Assembly (NCBI GenBank): GCA_016286575.1
Contig: JAEETB010000003.1
Coordinates: 406 to 64,405, forward strand
Origin: Prevotella sp.
GTDB lineage: Bacteria; Bacteroidota; Bacteroidia; Bacteroidales; Bacteroidaceae
Direction: 5' to 3'
DNA length: 64,000 nt
Below, one piece after another: positions 1 through 10,461 of the stretch. How positions within the stretch are numbered: the first letter of the stretch is position 1; each line of letters starts with the position of its first letter. A program made the position numbers and the translations under genes. The notes beneath the pieces were generated by a model. The model saw nothing but the letters and a program-made list of their open reading frames with translations. It did no database searches and had not been told where the DNA came from.

Positions 1-1128
1 TAAAGCATTCCGTTTATAGACACTTTCATACAGATTCAACAACTGTTCAGCAGTTTGTTGCCATGAGAAGTATTGTGCTCGTATGGGGCCCATCTTTTTC
101 TGTTGTTGATAGAATGTGTCGTCTCTTTCCAGCTGCAACATCATCTCTGCAATCTCATCAGGATCCTCTGGGTTTATCAGAATCGCATCTGGCCCTCCGA
201 TTTCTGGCATCGACGAAGTATTGGAAGTAATGACTGGTGTCCCGCAGGCCATAGCCTCTAATAGTGGAATGCCGAAACTCTCCCTCAGCGAGGTGTAGAG
301 GAAGGCGAAAGCATTATTATATATATAAGGTAAGTCCTTATTGCCGATATAGCCTGCTATCACTATCCGATGAATAATGTTCTCTATGTGGTTCCTCTCA
401 ATAATACTGTTCAGATAAGTCTTGCCGAGGTCTGCCATCAGCAATTTCCGTTTGATGTCCGACTTCTCCAGATATTTCGAATAGGCAATGAGTGTACGCT
501 CTGTGTTCTTCTTGGGATCTGTATTGCCAAGGAAGAAGAAATAGCCTGACGAGTCTATGTACTTTTTGTATACTTGATATGTATCCTCAACGGGTTTGAA
601 CCATTGGTTGTAGCCGTTGTAGATCATCGTGATTCTCTCTTGAGGGATATCCAACTTCGACATGATATTGTTTTTTTCGAAGTTCGACACGGTGATGATG
701 CGCTTGCACTTCTTGAGAATGCGTGGAACAACCAATCGACGGTAAAACCATCCCATGTTCTGATAGAACGATTTGTTGGTCTTGTCTCTTGGTTCCAGGA
801 AGATGATATCATGCAGAGTCAGGATAAGTGGAATCTTACATCGGATAGGTGCCGTGTTACTGGTACAATGCAGCATGTCGAGGTTCAGTTCATTGGCAGC
901 CTTCAGAAGTGTCACTTGTTCCCAAAGCGGGTAGAAGTCACCACCAATCTCCAGGATGTGTACATTCTTGGAATCCTCCAGACACTTGTCTTCTCCAGGA
1001 GCAACGAACACAAAATATTCATTCCTTGTATCAATTTTCTGAAGCTCACGAATCTCCTCCAGCACCACATAGTCCATGCCGTGCTTGTTCTTACGGAAGA
1101 TTCTCTGAGCCTCAATACCGATTCTCAT
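1..1128 (-). CDS. GT4 family glycosyltransferase (3' end runs off the window; missing from the ORF track)
   Basis: Manual translation from the ATG at 1128 gives [33 protein letters not shown]...[10 protein letters not shown], with a GT4 [20 protein letters not shown] motif near 230-290. ATGA overlap with the upstream gene. Confidence 0.9.
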   Translation of the reverse strand, partial: MRIGIEAQRIFRKNKHGMDYVVLEEIRELQKIDTRNEYFVFVAPGEDKCLEDSKNVHILEIGGDFYPLWEQVTLLKAANELNLDMLHCTSNTAPIRCKIPLILTLHDIIFLEPRDKTNKSFYQNMGWFYRRLVVPRILKKCKRIITVSNFEKNNIMSKLDIPQERITMIYNGYNQWFKPVEDTYQVYKKYIDSSGYFFFLGNTDPKKNTERTLIAYSKYLEKSDIKRKLLMADLGKTYLNSIIERNHIENIIHRIVIAGYIGNKDLPYIYNNAFAFLYTSLRESFGIPLLEAMACGTPVITSNTSSMPEIGGPDAILINPEDPDEIAEMMLQLERDDTFYQQQKKMGPIRAQYFSWQQTAEQLLNLYESVYKRNAL

Positions 1129-1715
1129 ATTTGCTTAATGACTTTAGCAGGCACCCCAGCCACGAGTGAGTGAGGTGGTACGTCCTTGGTAACAACAGCT
1201 CCGGCTGCAACAACTGAATGATCCCCGATGGTAACACCAGGCAGAATCACAGCATTCGCTCCGACCCAGATGTCATTCCCGATGGTGACTGGTTTTGTCA
1301 AAACCCCTTGCTCATCAATCCTTCTGTCAGGATTCTCAAAGTTATGATTCAGTGCAGTCACGGTAATCCCCTGTGCTAGGTTTACGTGATTCCCTATGGT
1401 CACTGGTCCGATGATGGTATTATGCAGTCCCACTCTGGTATGGTTGCCAATCATCACATCGCCCACCGCATTATTGATACAGGCATACGATTCCACGACT
1501 GAATAATCGCCCAAAGAGAATTTCCGATATGGAGGTGTGTCCATTCTTGCCGAACGATGAATAACAGATTGCTTACCCCGATGCTGGTACAGTGGCGCCA
1601 ACAATCTGATGAACCATCGTGGCCTCGTTTCCACTTGATTCATAATCACCCAATCGAAGAATTTCTTCCATTTGGGGTTGTTCTTGAACTTCTCTCTGAT
1701 GGCTTCGTTATTCAT
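1125..1715 (-). CDS. Hexapeptide-repeat (LbH) O-acetyltransferase, maltose/galactoside acetyltransferase-like
   Basis: [47 protein letters not shown]. Start moved to the ATG at 1715, downstream of the -7 box at 1736-1743. Confidence 0.9.
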   Translation of the reverse strand: MNNEAIREKFKNNPKWKKFFDWVIMNQVETRPRWFIRLLAPLYQHRGKQSVIHRSARMDTPPYRKFSLGDYSVVESYACINNAVGDVMIGNHTRVGLHNTIIGPVTIGNHVNLAQGITVTALNHNFENPDRRIDEQGVLTKPVTIGNDIWVGANAVILPGVTIGDHSVVAAGAVVTKDVPPHSLVAGVPAKVIKQI

Positions 1716-1735
1716 CTCTTTCGCTTTTATGACCA

Positions 1736-1783
1736 CAAAAGTACGAATAATTTTGCATAATTCCAAATTTTTCCCTAATTTTG
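1736..1783. promoter_or_regulatory. Back-to-back Bacteroidota -7 promoter boxes (acetyltransferase / glf)
   Basis: TACTTTTG on the minus strand (1736-1743) and TAATTTTG on the plus strand (1776-1783) match TAnnTTTG. Confidence 0.75.
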
Positions 1784-1798
1784 CAGAAAAATCTGTGA

Positions 1799-2953
1799 AT
1801 GATGGAAAAACAATATGATTATTTGATTGTTGGTGCAGGCATCTTTGGTGCAACATTTGCTTGTATGGCCCATCGCCAAGGAAAACGCTGTTTGGTTATC
1901 GACAAACGCAATCATCTCGGAGGAAACATCTATTGTGAAAACATCGAAGGCATCAATGTTCATAAGTATGGTGCCCATATATTCCATACCTCCAATAAAA
2001 AGGTGTGGGACTTCGTGAACTCCATTGTCGAGTTCAATCGCTATACCAATTCTCCCATTGCTAATTATAAAGGTAAGCAATATAACCTGCCTTTTAATAT
2101 GAATACCTTCTACCAGATGTGGGGGGTGCTGACTCCTGCTGAGGCTCAAGCTAAAATAGAAGAACAACGTCAGGAGGCATTAGCCAAGATGAAGGCTGAT
2201 GGTGTCACTGAACCACGCAATTTGGAAGAACAAGCCCAGTTGTTGATAGGTAAGGATATCTACGAGATTCTGATTAAAGGCTATACTGAGAAGCAATGGG
2301 GACGCAAATGCAGCGAACTGCCTGCATTTATCATCAAACGCCTGCCTGTCCGTTTTGTTCACGATAATAATTATTTCAACGATCGCTTTCAGGGTATCCC
2401 CATTGGTGGCTTCAACAAACTCATCGATGGCTTGCTCGAAGGAGTAGAGACAATGACGGGAGTAGACTTCATTGAAGAACGAAAGAAAAGTAATTCTCAA
2501 TTCTCAATTCTCAATTCTCAATTTGATAAGATTCTTTATACTGGAAAACTGGATGAATATTTCGACTATTGCTTAGGCAAACTCGAATATCGTACAGTCA
2601 GCTTCGAGGAAGAAATCCTTGATATGCCAAACTTCCAGGGTAATGCCGTCATGAACTTCACAGATGCCGAAGTTCCCTATACGCGTATCATCGAGCATAA
2701 ACATTTCGAGATGTTTGGTGATGATGTCTACAAATGCCCCAAAACAGTGATCTCCCGTGAATATTCAGTTGAATGGAAAGATGGCATGGAACCCTTTTAT
2801 AGTGTCAACGACGAGAAGAATATGTCGCTTTATCAACAATACCTTGGTTTGGCTAATCAAGAACCCAATCTAATTCTAGGTGGCCACCTCGCTGAGTATA
2901 AATATTATGATATTGCTCCGATTATCGAAAAAGTAATGTCTCTTCCTGTATAA
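1799..2953 (+). CDS. glf: UDP-galactopyranose mutase
   Basis: GAGIFG FAD motif, [22 protein letters not shown] and [10 protein letters not shown]. Carries a heptamer-derived insert and atypical C-terminal motifs. Confidence 0.93.
   Translation: MMEKQYDYLIVGAGIFGATFACMAHRQGKRCLVIDKRNHLGGNIYCENIEGINVHKYGAHIFHTSNKKVWDFVNSIVEFNRYTNSPIANYKGKQYNLPFNMNTFYQMWGVLTPAEAQAKIEEQRQEALAKMKADGVTEPRNLEEQAQLLIGKDIYEILIKGYTEKQWGRKCSELPAFIIKRLPVRFVHDNNYFNDRFQGIPIGGFNKLIDGLLEGVETMTGVDFIEERKKSNSQFSILNSQFDKILYTGKLDEYFDYCLGKLEYRTVSFEEEILDMPNFQGNAVMNFTDAEVPYTRIIEHKHFEMFGDDVYKCPKTVISREYSVEWKDGMEPFYSVNDEKNMSLYQQYLGLANQEPNLILGGHLAEYKYYDIAPIIEKVMSLPV
2492..2523 (+). repeat. Perfect 7-bp tandem repeat (AATTCTC)x4.5 inside glf
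   Basis: aattctc aattctc aattctc aattctc aatt, encoding [11 protein letters not shown]. Confidence 0.95.
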
Positions 2954-2970
2954 TATAATAAGGTATAAGC

Positions 2971-4110
2971 ATGAAAATCCTTTTCCTTGTCTATCATGGC
3001 TTCTCAGAAGTGAGTGGTATCAGCAAGAAAATCCACTATCAGGTAAAAGGTCTTCGTGAGAATGGTTACGAAGTACATCTCTGTTATTACGATTTTGATA
3101 GTCGGGGGCATCGATGTCGGTTTGTTGATGGAGAGGTAATAAAAGATTATGGTAAAGGCTTAATGGCAGGCCTTTATCAACGTATCGATTATGCTTGTAT
3201 CTATGATTATTGTAGACTCAATGGTATTCAGTTCGTTTATGCCCGTTGTTTCCAGAATGCTAATCCGTTTCTTATCCGTTTGTTTAAACGGCTTAAACAA
3301 TTGGGAATTAAGTCTGTAACGGAAATTCCAACTTATCCATATGATCAGGAATTTGTTGGCTTCCCATATTTCTCAGGGCGTTTCTGGCTAAAATTTGATA
3401 AGAAATTCAGGGATGCTCTGTATCGACAGATGGATGCCATTGTTACTTTCTCTGATGCAAGAATCATTTTTGGTCAGCGTACTATTCAAATTAGTAATGG
3501 TGTGGATTTTGATAGTATCCCTTTACATGACTACCATGTACCATCCGATGCTTCTATCCATCTGATAGGTGTGGCTGAGGTTCATTATTGGCATGGATTT
3601 GATCGAATGATAGCAGGAATAGGAGAGTATTATAAAAATACAAAGGTTCCTCGGAAGCTATTTTTCCATATTGTGGGTGGTGTGGCTCCTAATGAGATGC
3701 ACGGTTCCATGCATGCTCCCGGATTTGCCGAGTTGATAGAGAAATATGGTATTCAAGACCATGTTGTTTTCCATGGGCAACTTTTTGGTGAAGAGTTGGA
3801 TCGCATATTTAATCGAAGTTGTTTCGCTATTGGTAGTTTAGCTCGTCATCGAAGTGGTATAACTGTGATTAAGACGCTAAAGAATCGTGAATATGCCACG
3901 CGAGGAATTCCTTTTATATACTCAGAACAAGACAGTGACTTTGATAATCAGCCTTATGTTCTAAAGGTACCTGCAGACGAGTCTCCGGTGGATGTGCAAC
4001 ATATTCTTGATTTTATGGATGGTTACCATTTCCATCCGAAAGATATACGTAAAACAGTGGAAAATCTATCTTGGAAGATACAGATGCAGAAAGTCATAGA
4101 AGAAACCTGA
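2971..4110 (+). CDS. GT4-like glycosyltransferase
   Basis: GISKKI N-terminus, WHGFDR, KTLKNREYATRGIPF and LSWK C-terminus, typical of a GT-B subfamily. Confidence 0.8.
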   Translation: MKILFLVYHGFSEVSGISKKIHYQVKGLRENGYEVHLCYYDFDSRGHRCRFVDGEVIKDYGKGLMAGLYQRIDYACIYDYCRLNGIQFVYARCFQNANPFLIRLFKRLKQLGIKSVTEIPTYPYDQEFVGFPYFSGRFWLKFDKKFRDALYRQMDAIVTFSDARIIFGQRTIQISNGVDFDSIPLHDYHVPSDASIHLIGVAEVHYWHGFDRMIAGIGEYYKNTKVPRKLFFHIVGGVAPNEMHGSMHAPGFAELIEKYGIQDHVVFHGQLFGEELDRIFNRSCFAIGSLARHRSGITVIKTLKNREYATRGIPFIYSEQDSDFDNQPYVLKVPADESPVDVQHILDFMDGYHFHPKDIRKTVENLSWKIQMQKVIEET

Positions 4111-4115
4111 AAGAA

Positions 4116-5288
4116 TTATTTTTCTAATAGTTCTTTCCATTGTGTAATAATTTTCTCAGTATTAAACTTGTTGGCTATACTTAATGCTTCATCTGATTTC
4201 TTTTGCCAGTCAATCATAGTTGCATTTTCCAATTTCTGTGCTAACTCCTGAATATTTCCATTTTTGAAATATAGTCCGAAATTCCCAAGGACCTCTTTAC
4301 ATATAGGTAGATCAGAAGCAACAACTGGTAATCCGTGAGACATGGCTTCTACTAGAACAAGTGGCATACCTTCCCATCTAGAACTTAATACATAGACCTG
4401 AGCATTTGAATAGTAGTCTTGTATATTATTTGTAAATGGATGAATGGTAATCTTGTCCTCTAAATGGTATTTGTTGATTAGAGTTCTATAATAGTTCTCT
4501 TCTGCACCTTCTCCTACAATATCCAAGTTCCATTCTTCGTTTTTTTGAGTGAACAAATGAAATGCTTCAATCAGCAAATCTATACCTTTATGTAACGGGG
4601 TGAAACGTCCAATGGTTAGAAATTTTTTAGTATTTCCTGTTGACAAGTTGCCTGGTTGTAGCGTCAAAGGATTATAGATAACTGTTGGCATAAAAGCATG
4701 GTCATATTGATGAAACTTGTTTGCATCATCTTGACATAACACAATCGTTTGATTCAGTATTCTAAACTGATAAAGATAATGCCTTTTCCTTTCTGCTCCA
4801 ATATAATAAGATGTGTTTTCAAACAGAGCTTCAAAAGAATTGTGCAACCATCCAATAAGCCTGGTGTTTTGCAGCATGGGTTTCAAAGTAGCAAGTCTGG
4901 CCGCCAATGGCGCATGAACGCCGATGATAGTGACATATTGTCCTTTTTGTAACTCTGTAGCTAATGCATTTCTCAATTCTGAGGGAAATGAACTTCTGGC
5001 ATATAAATCTGACCACCATTTTCCTTGTGGCTGCAGTTTTAGGTAGATGCCACTATATAGTTTGCAGAACCATTTCTTGAAAAACCTTATCCGTGGATAC
5101 GAAAAGAAACGATATTTGATGTCTGCTTCATCAAGTCCATATAATGATATGTCTTTTGATATAGGATTGTCAAAGGTCACAATAGTCACCTCATAATCCT
5201 TTGCTAATCCTTTGGCAATAACGGCAGTTACACGCTGTACCCCACCAATGGAAAAAATGCTGTCAACTACGAAGCAAATCCGTTTCAT
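4116..5288 (-). CDS. GT4 glycosyltransferase (AmsD-like)
   Basis: GGVQRV and SSRWEGMPLVLVEAMSHGLPVV. Start reassigned to MKRICF at 5288. Confidence 0.9.
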   Translation of the reverse strand: MKRICFVVDSIFSIGGVQRVTAVIAKGLAKDYEVTIVTFDNPISKDISLYGLDEADIKYRFFSYPRIRFFKKWFCKLYSGIYLKLQPQGKWWSDLYARSSFPSELRNALATELQKGQYVTIIGVHAPLAARLATLKPMLQNTRLIGWLHNSFEALFENTSYYIGAERKRHYLYQFRILNQTIVLCQDDANKFHQYDHAFMPTVIYNPLTLQPGNLSTGNTKKFLTIGRFTPLHKGIDLLIEAFHLFTQKNEEWNLDIVGEGAEENYYRTLINKYHLEDKITIHPFTNNIQDYYSNAQVYVLSSRWEGMPLVLVEAMSHGLPVVASDLPICKEVLGNFGLYFKNGNIQELAQKLENATMIDWQKKSDEALSIANKFNTEKIITQWKELLEK

Positions 5289-5303
5289 CTTGAATATTTT
5301 TGG

Positions 5304-5362
5304 CAAAATTACAATTTTTATTCCAATAATCAAATATGTATGGGCTTTTTTTTGTATATTTG
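5304..5362. promoter_or_regulatory. Divergent -7 promoter pair
   Basis: TAATTTTG (minus, 5304-5311) and TATATTTG (plus, 5355-5362). Confidence 0.75.
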
Positions 5363-5369
5363 CAACGTG

Positions 5370-6527
5370 ATGACAGAAAATAGACACTATAAGATTGTTT
5401 ATTGTACTCCTGCTTTATATATGGCAGGAGGGGTGGAACGTGTACTGACTTTAAAGGCGAATTACTTTGCCGAGCAGTTTGGTTATGACATCACAATTAT
5501 CTTAACAGAAGGAAAAAACAAGCCATTCTTTTATCCATTATCCGATAAGATAAATGTCATCAATCTTGATATCGACTTTGAAGAACTATGGACATGTCCC
5601 TTCCTCAAAAAAGTATATATATATCTAAAGAAACAGCATCTTTTTAAGAAAAAACTTACTTCCGAGCTTATGCGACTAAAGCCAGATATGACTATCAGTC
5701 TTTTACGTCGTGAAATCAATTTTATAACAAGCATTCAGGATGGAAGCAAGAAAATAGGTGAATTACATATCAATCGAGCCCATTATCGAAATTTTGAAGA
5801 GAAAAATGCTTCTTTTGTAAAAACGCTGTTCTCAAAAATTTGGATGAATAATCTGATTGGGAAATTGCAGAGGCTAGAGACGCTTGTTGTCTTAACAGAA
5901 AAGGATAAAAATTCTTGGATAGAATTGAATTATGTACAAGTAATACCAGATCCGTTATCATTCCAACCGAGGAACATAAGCCCTTTAGCGAATAAAAGAG
6001 TGATTGCTGTAGGACGTTATTCTCATGAAAAAGGATATGACTTGCTTTTGTCTGCCTGGAAAATGGTTTCCGATACTTGTAAAGATTGGAAATTGGAGAT
6101 ATTTGGTGATGGTGACCATTCTTCATTAGATGTGTTACTGGATCAATTACAGATAGACAAACCTAGATGTGTTCTTCATGGGCGGACATCAGATGTTGAG
6201 AAAGAGTATTTAGATAGTTCTATTTTCGTATGCAGTTCACGATTCGAAGGGTTCGGTATGGTAATCTTGGAGGCTATGGCGTGTGGATTGCCTGTTATTT
6301 CCTTTGATTGTCCATGGGGTCCAGGTTCCATCATATCAGATGGAGTGGATGGCTATTTGGTAAATAATGGTGATACGAAGAGTTTAGCAGAAAAGATGAT
6401 ATCTTTGATTAATTCCGAAGAAGATAGAGTTAGTGTAGCGAAAAATGCTCTTAATAAATCGAACCAATATAGTATAGATACTATAGCATTACAATGGAAG
6501 AATTTGTTTGATACGTTAATGGAGTAA
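5370..6527 (+). CDS. GT4 glycosyltransferase (AmsD-like)
   Basis: GGVERV, KANY and SSRFEGFGMVILEAMACGLPVISFDCPWGP. ATG at 5370 lies downstream of the -7 box. Confidence 0.92.
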   Translation: MTENRHYKIVYCTPALYMAGGVERVLTLKANYFAEQFGYDITIILTEGKNKPFFYPLSDKINVINLDIDFEELWTCPFLKKVYIYLKKQHLFKKKLTSELMRLKPDMTISLLRREINFITSIQDGSKKIGELHINRAHYRNFEEKNASFVKTLFSKIWMNNLIGKLQRLETLVVLTEKDKNSWIELNYVQVIPDPLSFQPRNISPLANKRVIAVGRYSHEKGYDLLLSAWKMVSDTCKDWKLEIFGDGDHSSLDVLLDQLQIDKPRCVLHGRTSDVEKEYLDSSIFVCSSRFEGFGMVILEAMACGLPVISFDCPWGPGSIISDGVDGYLVNNGDTKSLAEKMISLINSEEDRVSVAKNALNKSNQYSIDTIALQWKNLFDTLME

Positions 6528-6531
6528 TCTG

Positions 6532-7557
6532 ATGAAATATGATGTGACGATAGGTATTCCCATGTATAATGTGGAGAATTTCATTGAGCGAACAATGAAT
6601 TCAGCCTTGTCGCAGACATACCAAAGTATTGAGTATTTGGTATTGGATGACGGAAGTGATGACAGAACCTTGGAGGTTATTTTGAAATTACAAGCAAATC
6701 ATCCCCGTGGAAATGATATCTATATCATTACCCATGCAGAAAACATGGGCGTATCTATTGCTCGTAATCGCATTTTGGAGGAATCTCAAGGCGAGTTCTT
6801 GTTTTTTCTTGATTCTGATGATATTATCCGAGAAGATGCGATTTCCCTGATGATGACTCAAGTGAAAGAACATGGTGCAGATATAGTCTTTGGCTCTATG
6901 GAGAAGTTTTTTCTAACAGGTGAAAGAACGATATACCAGTATCCAAAGATGTACTTTCATCATGAAGATGAGTTCGCCATTTTTTCCTATCGCCGATACG
7001 CAGGCATTCAGGCTTCGGCTTGTAATTTCTTGGTACGAATGTCGATTATTCGGGAAAATGGGCTATCGTTTTATAAGTCAAATTATTGGGAAGATTTTGT
7101 TTTCGTTTTAGACCTGGTCACTTACATTAATAGAGCTGTGCTACTATCTGATATAACTTATACCTATATATGTCGACAGAATTCTCTGTCAAATTTTCAA
7201 AAAAGGGAGCATATTGACAAAGAAGAAATTTTAAGAAATATTGGGGTTGCTGAATATATGAAATCTGGAAGTCTTCGATTGAAAGAAAAACCATATTTCC
7301 CTCACAGATGTTATGTAGCTGTTATGACAGATTTTTATATTGCATGTCATATATTGAAACGTCGAAAGGATATAGTTCCTCCAATTTCAGATCATGAGAT
7401 AAAAGGACTTTTTACCCATCCGGCCTCTTTTAGTCAGATATCTTCTTTCAGACAGGCACGTTTAAAGAATCTTGTATTGTATTTCATTGGAAAGTTGCCA
7501 GCCCCATTATGCGTTACCATAATCTGGCTGATGGGTAAAATAAAAAAGTTGATTTAA
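6532..7557 (+). CDS. GT2 glycosyltransferase
   Basis: VTIGIPMYN, LDDGSDD, GVSIARN, FLDSDD, WEDF. Confidence 0.92.
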   Translation: MKYDVTIGIPMYNVENFIERTMNSALSQTYQSIEYLVLDDGSDDRTLEVILKLQANHPRGNDIYIITHAENMGVSIARNRILEESQGEFLFFLDSDDIIREDAISLMMTQVKEHGADIVFGSMEKFFLTGERTIYQYPKMYFHHEDEFAIFSYRRYAGIQASACNFLVRMSIIRENGLSFYKSNYWEDFVFVLDLVTYINRAVLLSDITYTYICRQNSLSNFQKREHIDKEEILRNIGVAEYMKSGSLRLKEKPYFPHRCYVAVMTDFYIACHILKRRKDIVPPISDHEIKGLFTHPASFSQISSFRQARLKNLVLYFIGKLPAPLCVTIIWLMGKIKKLI

Positions 7558-7617
7558 AATTTGGCAATGTGCTATAAATTGTGTATCTTCGCACACAGAA
7601 TCTAAGACAACGAGAAT

Positions 7618-8472
7618 ATGCCTAAATGGTACGATAAATATCTTTCGTTTTATGGGAAGTCTTACGACGAACTTCCTGAGGACATTCTTGATGAGATTAA
7701 AGGTAAATTGGCAAACCTTCAAAGTAGAGAACCTTTAGTTTCTGTAGTTGTCATTGCTTACAATGAAGAGAAACGGCTTGCTGCTTGTCTTTGGTCATTG
7801 AGTGAATTGCAAACAAAGTATCCAATAGAGATTTTAGGTGTAAATAATAATTCCATGGATCGGACAGAACAAGTTTATCAACGCTTGGGCCTACCATACT
7901 ATAATGAAACTAGACAGAGCCCTGGTTATGCTCGGCAGTGTGGTTTGGAAAATGCTAAGGGCAAATACCATTTCTGTATCGATGCGGACACATTCTATCC
8001 TCCGCGATATGTGGATTTGATGATGGAAAAACTGACGAGATCAGATGTGTCTTGCGTCAGTTCTTTCTGGAGCTTCTTCCCCGACGAACGGCATTCAGCC
8101 TTTGGTTTATATCTATTTGAATTGGCTCGCGATTTATTCCTTTACGTACAGCATTTTAAACGACCGGAATTATGCGTACGTGGAATGGTTTTTGCCTTTA
8201 AGACAGAACTGGCCCGAAAGGTTAAAATTCGCACTGATATTCGGCGTGGAGAGGACGGCTCTCTAGCATTAGCTCTGAAACCTTATGGGAAAGTTGTTTT
8301 TTTGTATACTCGCCACGCTCGTCCAGTGACAGGTTATGGCACTATTGGATCCCAATCCCTTTGGCAGAGTTTCATTCAGCATGTAATGATTCAAGGAAGA
8401 GGACTTTCGCGCCTTTTCTTTAAGAAAGATTATTATGAAGATAGTGAGGATAATTTGATAAAAAATAAGTAG
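7618..8472 (+). CDS. GT2 glycosyltransferase
   Basis: VSVVVIAYNEE, CIDADT, GEDG. Possible own promoter box TATCTTCG at 7584-7591. Confidence 0.88.
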   Translation: MPKWYDKYLSFYGKSYDELPEDILDEIKGKLANLQSREPLVSVVVIAYNEEKRLAACLWSLSELQTKYPIEILGVNNNSMDRTEQVYQRLGLPYYNETRQSPGYARQCGLENAKGKYHFCIDADTFYPPRYVDLMMEKLTRSDVSCVSSFWSFFPDERHSAFGLYLFELARDLFLYVQHFKRPELCVRGMVFAFKTELARKVKIRTDIRRGEDGSLALALKPYGKVVFLYTRHARPVTGYGTIGSQSLWQSFIQHVMIQGRGLSRLFFKKDYYEDSEDNLIKNK

Positions 8473-8480
8473 AGTACTAG

Positions 8481-9536
8481 ATGAAAGAGTATCCGTGTAG
8501 TGTTACTATAGGCATTCCTGTCTATAATGCAGAAAAGTATGTTGAAAGATGCTTGATATCAGTTCTTAACCAGACGTTTACAGATTTAGAGATTCTGTTG
8601 GTTGATGACTGTGGAACTGATAATTCTATATTGAGAGCAGAGGCTTTAGCAAAAACATATGCAAATGGTAACAAAATACGCATTTGTCATCATGACAGAA
8701 ATAGAGGAGTTGCCGAAGCAAGGAATACAATTTTGGATGAGGCAAAAGGGAAATATATTTATTTCATGGATTCTGACGATTGCATATCTGAAGATGCTAT
8801 AGAGAAACTTTATAATAAGGCAGAAACTACAGATGCTGAAACAGTTTGGGGTTCTTTTGTAAATAAGGAATTTGAAACAGAAAGGGTTTTACCTGCAATT
8901 AATGGATTAGGGAAATACCCAGATTTGGAACTTTTTGGTGAGGATCAGTTGGCTCTTTATGGATGTCAAGATATAAAGGAACATTTACAGCAATCCATAT
9001 GGAATATATTATATCGTTCCGACTTCTTGCACAAGAATAATCTACGTTTTGAACAGCATGGTTCCTTTGACGATGGGATTTTTCAAGCAGCAATGCAACC
9101 ATTAGTAAAACGTGCGGTTCTCATGTCCGCATGTACATATTATTATTATCATCGTCCAGATTCGTTAACTCATGTTGTGAATCGGAAGGGATTTCGTATT
9201 GAGGAGGCGATAAATGCTATAGAAGCTATAGATTGTCATCGAAGAATATGCAAATCATTAGCAGAAAAGGAATACTTTGATTGCCGAAGTACAAAGGTTA
9301 TGAAGGAGGCCTTTTATATAGCAGTAGGAATCATTAAACATCGAGACGAAATGAATGGCCAAGTGAGCAATAAACAGGTGAAAGGAATAATGAAACATCC
9401 AGCAACACTCTTACAAATTATTCAATTTCATCATTATCGGATGCTTAATTTGTTTTTCTATCTTTTAAGTGTTTTACCTTCATGTGTATTTGTGCGGATA
9501 ATCGGTTTAATGGCTCATAGGAAACAATTAATGTGA
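8481..9536 (+). CDS. GT2 glycosyltransferase (paralog of 6532-7557)
   Basis: VTIGIPVYN, VDDCGTD, GVAEARN, FMDSDD and a shared C-terminal HPA motif. Confidence 0.92.
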   Translation: MKEYPCSVTIGIPVYNAEKYVERCLISVLNQTFTDLEILLVDDCGTDNSILRAEALAKTYANGNKIRICHHDRNRGVAEARNTILDEAKGKYIYFMDSDDCISEDAIEKLYNKAETTDAETVWGSFVNKEFETERVLPAINGLGKYPDLELFGEDQLALYGCQDIKEHLQQSIWNILYRSDFLHKNNLRFEQHGSFDDGIFQAAMQPLVKRAVLMSACTYYYYHRPDSLTHVVNRKGFRIEEAINAIEAIDCHRRICKSLAEKEYFDCRSTKVMKEAFYIAVGIIKHRDEMNGQVSNKQVKGIMKHPATLLQIIQFHHYRMLNLFFYLLSVLPSCVFVRIIGLMAHRKQLM

Positions 9537-9544
9537 TATAGAAG

Positions 9545-10456
9545 ATGAAGGATAGATTGAAGAGGTTGAGAAATAGGTTTATTATTAACAGCCGATACCT
9601 GGTTAATGTAATTAGATATAAAAATATTAGTTTTGACGAAGGAGTGATATGTGTCATCTTCTCGCGGGATAGGGCTTTGCAATTGGAGGCTCTTTTACGG
9701 TCAATAGAAACATATAGCTTGACATCTTTTGATATAATTATTCAATACAGCTGCTCAGATGTGCATAGAGATTCATACCAAGAACTAAGAAACAGATATT
9801 TGCAATATCACTTTGTAGAGGAGCATTCTTTTGCGGCAACTTTAAAAGAAACAATAAAAAAAATCCGAAAACGTTATATGTTTTTCCTTGTGGATGATCA
9901 AGTGTTTATCCGACCATTTAATTTGAATGATATAATACATAAGATGCGGAAGAAGTTTTTTTTCTCTATGCGACTTGGGGCATGTATAACAGATTTTGGT
10001 ATATATCATGAACGGTTGTTTCCAAAATATGAAAAGCTTCAGGAGGATTATTTGATGTGGAAATGGAGGGAAAACCTATACCAAAAAGACTGGGGATATC
10101 AATTTAGTGTAGATGGAACAGTCTATCGCACATTAGATGTCGTACGAGCTACGATGTCAATATCGTTTAAGGCTCCAAATTCTTTTGAAGACAATATGAA
10201 TAAAGTCTGTTTTTTTCGGTCAGATAATGTTGGCATGTCATATTTGAATCCTGTGGTTATTAATCTAATCATTAATGCCTCTCGGCAGGAAAAAGCCTAT
10301 GAACATTTTGAAAGTGGGGAATACACAACTGACGATATGTTAAAGTTGTGGGAGAGAGGTAAGTCTTTATCAGTGAAAAAAATAGCTTCTATACCGTTTT
10401 CTTCTACTCACTATATCGTTGATGATATTGGAAATATTTTATGTGAATCAGAGTAA
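9545..10456 (+). CDS. Hypothetical protein, probable GT-A fold glycosyltransferase
   Basis: IFSRDRALQLEALLRS, a DxD-like FLVDDQVF motif and WGYQFSVDG; lies in a glycosyltransferase operon. Confidence 0.55.
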   Translation: MKDRLKRLRNRFIINSRYLVNVIRYKNISFDEGVICVIFSRDRALQLEALLRSIETYSLTSFDIIIQYSCSDVHRDSYQELRNRYLQYHFVEEHSFAATLKETIKKIRKRYMFFLVDDQVFIRPFNLNDIIHKMRKKFFFSMRLGACITDFGIYHERLFPKYEKLQEDYLMWKWRENLYQKDWGYQFSVDGTVYRTLDVVRATMSISFKAPNSFEDNMNKVCFFRSDNVGMSYLNPVVINLIINASRQEKAYEHFESGEYTTDDMLKLWERGKSLSVKKIASIPFSSTHYIVDDIGNILCESE

Positions 10457-10461
10457 TCCAA

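Noticed and set aside
574-1173. 199-aa plus-strand ORF
   Set aside because: Antisense shadow of the GT4 gene at <1-1128, which the ORF track missed because it runs off the window.
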